Part shown: piece after piece, positions 57,875-64,000 of the stretch
How positions within the stretch are numbered: the stretch's first letter is position 1
How the letters are laid out: every line of letters begins with the position of its first letter
Notes under the pieces: generated by a model
Databases searched by the model: none
What the model was told of the DNA's origin: nothing
What the model saw: only the letters and a program-made list of their open reading frames with translations
From: Bacillota bacterium
Lineage (GTDB): Bacteria > Bacillota_I > Bacilli_A > ML615J-28 > CAG-698
Direction of reading: 5' to 3'
NCBI GenBank assembly: GCA_016280895.1
Contig: JAEEHM010000036.1
Coordinates: 1,367-65,366 of the forward strand
DNA: 64,000 bases
Program-made: the position numbers and the translations under genes

Positions 57875-58834
57875 TTATTTAGAATTTTTAGTTTTTTCTG
57901 CAGTTTCAGAAATAGCAGATACTAAACCAGCCATACCTTGAATTTCAGAAGGAATAATTAATTTAGTAGCTTGACCTTTTGCAGTTTCAACTAATGCTTC
58001 ATAAGCTTTTAATGTTAATACAGCTTTATCAGCACCAGCCTTTTTAACAAGTTCAATACCTTGTGCTTCAGCTTCTTTAATCTTTAGGATAGCTTCTGAT
58101 TTACCTTCAGCTTCTTTGATTAATGCTTCTCTTTCAGCTTCAGCTGCTAAGATCTTAGCTTGCTTTTCGCCTTCAGCCTTTAATACTTGAGCTTCTTTGA
58201 TACCTTCAGCGTTTAAGATTGCTGCACGTTTTTCACCTTCAGCACGTAAGATTTGTTCACGTCTCTCACGTTCTGCTCTCATTTGTTTTTCCATTGCATC
58301 ACGGATGTCTTTTGGAGGTAAGATGTTCTTTAACTCAACACGGTTTACCTTAATACCCCATGGGTCAGTAGCTTCATCAAGAATAGTTCTCATCTTTGTA
58401 TTGATTAAATCACGACTTGTAAGAGTTGCATCTAATTCAATTTCACCGATGATATTACGAAGTGTAGTAGCAGTTAGTTTCTCTAAAGCAAGTTCAGGAT
58501 GTTCAACACCATATGCGAATTGTTTTGGATCTGTGATTTCATAAAATACTACAGTATCAATTTGCATTGTAACATTATCTTTTGTGATAACTGGTTGTGG
58601 ATCGAAGTCAACAACTTGTTCTTTTAATGAGATTCTCTTACTAATACGGAAGATGAAAGGAAACACAAAGTGAATTCCAGTACCTAATGTTTTGTGATAA
58701 GCACCAAACTTTTCAACAACGAAAGCATGAGCTTGTGGAACAACACGAATGCTTATAGCAACAAGTAAAATAACCAAACCAATTAAAATTACAATAATAA
58801 TTGGAACAATGTTAGTAGTTTCTAATATTTTCAT
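57875..58834 (-). CDS. SPFH/Band 7 (stomatin-like) protein
   Basis: N-terminal TM helix, an SPFH core (VVPQAHAFVVEKFG...VDFDPQPVITKDN) and a C-terminal AEGEK/AEAE coiled-coil repeat region. Confidence 0.9.
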   Translation of the reverse strand: MKILETTNIVPIIIVILIGLVILLVAISIRVVPQAHAFVVEKFGAYHKTLGTGIHFVFPFIFRISKRISLKEQVVDFDPQPVITKDNVTMQIDTVVFYEITDPKQFAYGVEHPELALEKLTATTLRNIIGEIELDATLTSRDLINTKMRTILDEATDPWGIKVNRVELKNILPPKDIRDAMEKQMRAERERREQILRAEGEKRAAILNAEGIKEAQVLKAEGEKQAKILAAEAEREALIKEAEGKSEAILKIKEAEAQGIELVKKAGADKAVLTLKAYEALVETAKGQATKLIIPSEIQGMAGLVSAISETAEKTKNSK

Positions 58835-58843
58835 AATTTCCTC

Positions 58844-59326
58844 CTATAATATTACTTCTTTATTTTCTTCTTCAATTTTAGAAACGATTAGTTTTGTACC
58901 TGAAATAGCTTCAACTAATACTTTTTCATTTTCTTCAAATGTTAAGCCATCATTATTAATAGCTCTCCATAATCTACCTTCAACCTTTACTTCACCGATT
59001 TCATCAACATCAATCTTCTTAGTAACGATTGCCATTTTACCAACAACCTTGTCAGAGTTTGTTCGAATAATTTCTTTTTGTTGCAACTTCTTTGCTAGAG
59101 GTCTAGTAAGAATAATCGCAATTACAGAAATTCCTAAGAATATACTAATTTGGATCCAAAAGTTTTGTTTACACAAAGCAGCAATTAATGCTCCAACTCC
59201 ACCTAATGTGAACCAAATTGTAACTAAGTCAGCTGTTTGAAGCTCGATGATTGCAGTAGCAACAATAAATACTGCCCAAACAATTGCCATAATACTAAAA
59301 GAATCCAATGCTAAAAAAGTGTTCAT
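58844..59326 (-). CDS. NfeD family membrane protein
   Basis: 3-4 TM helices plus a C-terminal OB-fold pattern (GKMAIVTKKID..GEVKVEGRLWRA). Canonical pairing with the SPFH gene. Confidence 0.85.
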   Translation of the reverse strand: MNTFLALDSFSIMAIVWAVFIVATAIIELQTADLVTIWFTLGGVGALIAALCKQNFWIQISIFLGISVIAIILTRPLAKKLQQKEIIRTNSDKVVGKMAIVTKKIDVDEIGEVKVEGRLWRAINNDGLTFEENEKVLVEAISGTKLIVSKIEEENKEVIL

Positions 59327-59703
59327 TAACTGATTCTCCTTTCTAAGAAAATTTTTAATGTTTTTTCCTCAGTATTCCATTCACATTCATATTTATTTAA
59401 ATTAGACCCACTAAAATCAATAGGAAAAAGCTGTGTTAATTTAGTTATCACATTCTTTCCTGTGATTCTACCATAACTAGGTTTAATAGAAATTGTATGA
59501 ATATCTAAATCTTGATACAGACCCATGGCTAAATCTTCTTTGGATACAGATTTTAAGAATAAAGCTTTTGCTTCATCAGAATACCCAATCAAGATGCCAT
59601 ATGCATTTTTAAAATGATTTGTTGCAACAGTATTTAATGTGATATTATTATCATAAATAGTTGCAACGCCTCTTGGACTTTTTGAAAACCATTGAATATC
59701 CAT
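59326..59703 (-). CDS. Hypothetical soluble protein, first gene of the NfeD-SPFH operon
   Basis: Start at MDIQWF (GGGAGG SD). Its stop overlaps the NfeD start. No recognised motif. Confidence 0.5.
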   Translation of the reverse strand: MDIQWFSKSPRGVATIYDNNITLNTVATNHFKNAYGILIGYSDEAKALFLKSVSKEDLAMGLYQDLDIHTISIKPSYGRITGKNVITKLTQLFPIDFSGSNLNKYECEWNTEEKTLKIFLERRIS

Positions 59704-59885
59704 ATATTTTTCCTCCCACAATAGTATTATACAATAAAATACATAAAAATACAATAGATTTTTAAAAATATTTTCAAATATTTTTTGATGATATTTTTGC
59801 TTAATTTATTTTTAAGCAAAAAAAGATTGAAAAAAAGGGAAAATATGATATAATATTTATATCGTAGAGATTATAGGAGGCTTTT

Positions 59886-60845
59886 ATGAAGCGTATATAT
59901 AAAATATTATTATTAGTGCTTGTTCCACTACTTGTAGCAGTGGGCGTAGGTATTTATTCATATCATAGATATCAAAATTATTTCTATGGATATTATTTAC
60001 AAAGTGCTAAATATAAAGATACAGAAGATCTTATTAATCGTTATATGATGTATAATGATACACATTTCCAAGAATATCTTAAACAAGACGTTGTAAATGA
60101 AGCTGGTGATGATTTATTCACAATTGCTGTTTATCGTGAATTCGATTTAGCTGAAAAAGAAAACGAAGATGATGAAGATACATATACAATGAGATATTCA
60201 TTCTGGGTATATAATGTTGATTATGAAAATGTATATCGTACAATTCCAGGATATACAGATACAAAAGAACATAAATTCAACGGTTATTTAGCTACATTCA
60301 AAATTATTATCAAAGATGCAGCTGATGAAGATAATGTAATTGAATTAACTTTAGCTACAAATACTAATTACGCATTTAAAGATTATAATTTCACAGGTGT
60401 AGGTGATACTCAAAAATGGCAAGATGGTACTAAGATTCAATCTGGTTATGTTAAGTGGGCTGAATTTGATGTATCAGAATATGAAATTACTGAAAATGTA
60501 AACTTTAAAGTAAGAGCTATTGATACTGAACATCCTAATGAAGATGATGGCAATTATTTCGATGCATTAGAAAGCGATAAAACAGACTTTTTAACTAACG
60601 TTAAAAAATTAAATGCTAGCGCTAATACATATGATGGTAGCGAAATAACAGCCGCTTACAATGGTGACTTCAAAGCTGCAGGATATACTAAATATGTTAT
60701 CACTAAATGGATGTGGTGGGAATGCTTAATCGGTTTAGCTTTAACTTTAGTTGTTACTGGCTCTACTGTTCTTGTATGGCAAAGCGAAGATGCTAAAGAA
60801 AAGAAATTACAAGAAAAGTTAGCTGAAAAGAAAAATAATAAGTAG
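59886..60845 (+). CDS. Hypothetical bitopic protein (N- and C-terminal TM anchors)
   Basis: 319-aa ORF with an AGGAGG SD, hydrophobic helices at both ends, and a terminator AACTCTAATCA/TGATTAGAGTT plus T-run after the stop. Confidence 0.55.
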   Translation: MKRIYKILLLVLVPLLVAVGVGIYSYHRYQNYFYGYYLQSAKYKDTEDLINRYMMYNDTHFQEYLKQDVVNEAGDDLFTIAVYREFDLAEKENEDDEDTYTMRYSFWVYNVDYENVYRTIPGYTDTKEHKFNGYLATFKIIIKDAADEDNVIELTLATNTNYAFKDYNFTGVGDTQKWQDGTKIQSGYVKWAEFDVSEYEITENVNFKVRAIDTEHPNEDDGNYFDALESDKTDFLTNVKKLNASANTYDGSEITAAYNGDFKAAGYTKYVITKWMWWECLIGLALTLVVTGSTVLVWQSEDAKEKKLQEKLAEKKNNK

Positions 60846-60930
60846 ATATATAAACTCTAATCATATTTGATTAGAGTTTTTTATTGTGTTATTAGAAATA
60901 TAATGATAAAATAAGACTGAGGATATAAAT

Positions 60931-61869
60931 ATGAAAAGAAATAAAAGGATATTAGTATTATTAATAATTATCATATCACTATTCTTATTGTGTTCGTGTA
61001 AGAATAAATTCGAATGTGAAATCATTTATAATGCAGAGAGCACTAGAGTAGAAGATTTCAAATTATCAGATATCAAATTACATATCAAAAACAAAAAAGT
61101 TGATACTATAGTAGATGTTACTAAAGATATGTTAAGTGCTGAAGATATCGAAAAGCTTAAAACTGCAGGTAACCACACAATTACAATCAATTTTAAATCT
61201 TATTCGAAAACGATAGATATATCTTTGATTGGTCAAAGTGGTGATGGTGTATATTTTGACATGCCGTATTATGCACTTGCAAATGGATACAAAGGCCAAG
61301 AATTGAAACTTGCATTAAGATCAATTATATCAGTTCAAACAAAAACTGAAAAATATGATGATTTAAGAACTGATTTAGCAAAGACTGATAAGGGCTCTAC
61401 TGAAGGAACAATCATTTGTTTCTATTGTCAAAAAGAAATGGATGCTAAATGGGATGGTGGTAAAACATGGAATAGAGAACATGTATGGCCTCAATCATTA
61501 GGATGGTTTTCTACTACAATGGCTGGTGCAGATCTTCATCATTTACGCCCATGCCATCAAAGTGAAAATTCAAGTAGAAACAATACCTTGTATGGTGTGA
61601 GCTTAGGATATTATGAACCTAAAGATAGTGTTAAGGGAGATGTAGCAAGAATCCTATTCTATTTATATGTTAGATATCAAGAAGCTGATAGATATCCACT
61701 TAACACTGTTTGTGAATCTTTTGATATGTTGTTGATATGGAATGATTTAGATCCAGTTGATTCTTTAGAGAAACAAAGAAACGAGGTTGCATATTCAATT
61801 CAAGGTAATAGAAATCCTTTTATTGACTATCCAGATTATGCAGATTATATTTGGGGTTCATTGAGTTAA
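60931..61869 (+). CDS. Endonuclease I family extracellular nuclease lipoprotein
   Basis: Lipobox LLCSC. NREHVWPQS, DLHHLRP..QSENSSRNN and NRNPFIDYP motifs of PF04231-type nucleases. Confidence 0.8.
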   Translation: MKRNKRILVLLIIIISLFLLCSCKNKFECEIIYNAESTRVEDFKLSDIKLHIKNKKVDTIVDVTKDMLSAEDIEKLKTAGNHTITINFKSYSKTIDISLIGQSGDGVYFDMPYYALANGYKGQELKLALRSIISVQTKTEKYDDLRTDLAKTDKGSTEGTIICFYCQKEMDAKWDGGKTWNREHVWPQSLGWFSTTMAGADLHHLRPCHQSENSSRNNTLYGVSLGYYEPKDSVKGDVARILFYLYVRYQEADRYPLNTVCESFDMLLIWNDLDPVDSLEKQRNEVAYSIQGNRNPFIDYPDYADYIWGSLS

Positions 61870-61880
61870 TATATATAATA

Positions 61881-61914
61881 AGAAAAGCACTTCAATTGAA
61901 GTGCTTTCTTTTTT
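61881..61914. terminator. Bidirectional terminator between the nuclease gene and asnS
   Basis: Palindrome AAAGCACTTCAA/TTGAAGTGCTTT with flanking A/T runs. Confidence 0.7.
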
Positions 61915-63292
61915 AATATTCACAATTCTTAGGTGTACGTGGGAATGGAATGACATCTCTAATGTTATCTACACCAGTTAGATACATAATTAATCTTTCA
62001 AATCCCATACCAAAGCCTGAGTGTACACATCCGCCATATCTACGTGTATCTAAATACCATTCGATATCTTTTCTTGATACGTGCATTTCTTCCATACGTT
62101 TAAGTAATACATCTAAGTTTTCTTCTCTTTGGCTTCCACCCATTAATTCTCCTGCTTGTGGAACTTCTAAATCTACTGCAGCAACAGTTTTGTTATCTGG
62201 GTTGACTTTCATATAATATGCTTTGATATCTTTTGGCCAATCCTTGATAAATACAGGGCCATTGAAGTATTCGGTAATATATCTTTCATGTTCTTTAGAT
62301 ATATCATCTTCATATGATGGTTTGAATTCCCATTTAACTGGAGCCTTAAGTAAGATGTCTACAACATCATGATGGCTAATACGCACGAAGCTTGAAGATA
62401 ATACTTTTTCTAATTTTTCTTTCAAGCCTTTTTCAACAAATTGGTCACAGAAATCTATTTCTTCTTTAGCATTATCTAAAACATATTTAATAACATATTT
62501 CAACATTTCTTCTTCAATATCCATTAAGCCTTCTAAATCACAGAATGCCATTTCTGGTTCAATCATCCAGAATTCATTAGCGTGTGTCTTAGTATTTGAA
62601 TTCTCAGTTCTAAATGTTGGGCCAAATGTATAGATATCACCGAATGCCATTGCATATGTTTCTCCATGTAATTGACCAGAACCAGTAATGAAGGCTTGTT
62701 TTCCAAATAGGTCTTTAGAATAATCTACTTTGCCATCTGGTCCTTTTTCTACCTTATCCATATTCAATGTTGTAATCTTAAACATTTGATCACTACCTTC
62801 ACAATCAGCACATGTGATTAATGGAGTATGAACATATAGATATCCATGACTTTGGAAATATGAATGAATTGCCATGGCAGCAACTGATCTAATTCTAAAT
62901 ACAGCATTAAATAGGTTTGTACGTGGACGAAGATGGGCAACCTCTCTTAAGAATTCTCTTGTGTGACGCTTTGGTTGTATTGGATAGTTTTCTGGACAAT
63001 CGCCTAATAATTCAACTTTAGTAGCGTGCAATTCTAATGGTTGTTTCATTTCAGGTGTTAATTTGATATCACCTTCAACCATTACAGATGAACCTACACG
63101 ATATTTAGATATCTCTTCAAAGTTAGATAGATTATTATCATATATAACTTGAAGGCTTGTAAGTGTTGATCCATCATTAACATTTAAGAAACCAAATTGA
63201 GCTTGTGCTCTGTTTGTACGTACCCATGCACAAATAGTTACATGTTCTTCCTTTTTGTTGATAAAGATTTCTTTTACTCTAATTCTTTTCAT
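61913..63292 (-). CDS. asnS: Asparaginyl-tRNA synthetase
   Basis: N-terminal OB fold (WVRTNR), class IIb motifs (FRTENSNT.HANEFWM.E.E, GSQRE, GFGMGFERL). Start at MKRIRV, 4 nt after AGGAGG. Confidence 0.95.
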   Translation of the reverse strand: MKRIRVKEIFINKKEEHVTICAWVRTNRAQAQFGFLNVNDGSTLTSLQVIYDNNLSNFEEISKYRVGSSVMVEGDIKLTPEMKQPLELHATKVELLGDCPENYPIQPKRHTREFLREVAHLRPRTNLFNAVFRIRSVAAMAIHSYFQSHGYLYVHTPLITCADCEGSDQMFKITTLNMDKVEKGPDGKVDYSKDLFGKQAFITGSGQLHGETYAMAFGDIYTFGPTFRTENSNTKTHANEFWMIEPEMAFCDLEGLMDIEEEMLKYVIKYVLDNAKEEIDFCDQFVEKGLKEKLEKVLSSSFVRISHHDVVDILLKAPVKWEFKPSYEDDISKEHERYITEYFNGPVFIKDWPKDIKAYYMKVNPDNKTVAAVDLEVPQAGELMGGSQREENLDVLLKRMEEMHVSRKDIEWYLDTRRYGGCVHSGFGMGFERLIMYLTGVDNIRDVIPFPRTPKNCEY

Positions 63293-63308
63293 ATATCCTC
63301 CTAACAAA

Positions 63309-63563
63309 AAATCCTTAAATTAAAGATAACTTTAATCTAAGGACGAATATTCAAATTCATTCGCGGTACCACCTTAGTTTCTAAAGAATAATACTTTAGA
63401 CACCTCAATTTTTCTTTAATGCAGAAATACAGTTGGTTCTACTAAATGACAATCATTTTTCTTCCAACAGCTCCAAGTGTTCTTTCTTTATAAATATGTA
63501 TAACTTACACCAAACGTTATATCTCTATGTTTCATTTTATAAATACTTTTCTTATCAACGCTT
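63309..63563 (-). promoter_or_regulatory. T-box riboswitch (Asn) controlling asnS
   Basis: Minus strand carries the AGAGA stem I element, the T-box AACTAAGGTGGTACCGCGAATG and terminator TCCTTAGATTAAAG...CTTTAATTTAAGGA plus TTTTTT. The candidate specifier is AAC in AAAGAACACUUGG. Confidence 0.85.
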
Positions 63564-63569
63564 ATAAAT

Positions 63570-63580
63570 ATTATATCACA
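63570..63580 (-). promoter_or_regulatory. Extended -10 promoter of the asnS T-box leader
   Basis: Minus strand TGTGATATAAT. Confidence 0.6.
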
Positions 63581-63677
63581 AATGATTTTTATGTCAAGAT
63601 TTTAAAAGATTAAAAATAATATAAGAAAGAGATAGATAAAATAAATCAAGAATTTTTTCTTTAATTATTGATTAAGT

Positions 63678-63688
63678 TGTGTTATAAT
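63678..63688 (+). promoter_or_regulatory. Extended -10 promoter of dnaX
   Basis: TGTGTTATAAT on the plus strand, about 40 nt before the dnaX ATG. Confidence 0.55.
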
Positions 63689-63728
63689 ATAAGAAAGAAG
63701 AAAAAAGATATATTAAGTGAGGTATTTT

Positions 63729-64000
63729 ATGTCATACAAAGCACTTTATAGAAAATATCGTCCACAGTCGTTTTCAACTGTTGTAGGTCAAGCATCTATC
63801 ACTAAGACTTTGCAGAACGCAATTATTAGTGGTAAGATTTCACATGCATATCTATTCTGCGGTCCACGTGGTACAGGTAAAACTACTGTTGCAAGAATCT
63901 TTGCGAAAGCATTGAATTGCGAGAATCCTAATAATGGCGAACCATGTTTAAACTGTACAAACTGTAGAGAGATATCTGATAGCATGAGTCCAGATGTTGT
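63729..64000 (+). CDS. dnaX: DNA polymerase III subunit gamma/tau, 3' end cut by window edge
   Basis: MSYKALYRKYRPQSFSTVVGQ...HAYLFCGPRGTGKTT.ARIFAKALNC and the zinc module C..C..C. Confidence 0.93.
   Translation, partial: MSYKALYRKYRPQSFSTVVGQASITKTLQNAIISGKISHAYLFCGPRGTGKTTVARIFAKALNCENPNNGEPCLNCTNCREISDSMSPDV

Noticed and set aside
63581-63728. SRP RNA (scr) upstream of dnaX, as in Bacillus subtilis
   Set aside because: The interval is AT-rich promoter DNA with a TGTGTTATAAT box. I saw no GGAA tetraloop or AGCA symmetric-loop domain IV signature.

Overview
Low-GC, Firmicutes/Tenericutes-like chromosomal segment that uses the standard genetic code (TGA acts as a stop). It spans the replication origin. 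Coding strand switches at about 46.5 kb: almost everything from 2.4 to 46.4 kb is on the minus strand, and most genes after 46.7 kb are on the plus strand. The switch lies between dnaA and rpmH, next to a perfect DnaA box. Recognisable core genes: etfA plus an lctD-like dehydrogenase, ribU behind an FMN riboswitch, pgk/HPr-like/tpiA, an orphan MsmX-like ATPase, an ABC exporter pair, soj-rsmG-mnmG, mfd-pth-folD, rpoE, surE with two nrnA-like genes, T-box-controlled serS and asnS, gyrA-gyrB-recF-yaaA, dnaN-dnaA, rpmH-rnpA-yidC-jag, mnmE, tRNA-Ser(CGA), an SPFH/NfeD operon, an endonuclease I lipoprotein and the dnaX 5' end. Most operons start with a TRTGnTATAAT extended -10 box and end in clear hairpin/U-run terminators, which gives a usable operon map. 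The main anomaly is a 2.6 kb block (41.2-43.85 kb) that splits the normally contiguous dnaA-dnaN-yaaA-recF-gyrBA cluster. It holds a plus-strand ribbon-helix-helix gene coupled to a small ParA-like ATPase gene, preceded by a 1.5 kb ORF-free field of 8-bp-periodic TATGTAT repeats. This looks like a plasmid-type (Ib-like) partition module embedded at the origin, and the canonical soj in this window has no spo0J/parB next to it. Other items worth a second look: a promoter-to-terminator structured RNA of about 165 nt at 20.9-21.05 kb, A-tract-phased GC-punctuated segments shared by two long intergenic regions, an HPr paralogue with Asp at the His15 position inside the glycolytic operon, long acidic extensions on GyrB and GyrA, and two structured or terminator-first leaders. 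All protein calls rest on motifs recognised by eye. No database search was run.
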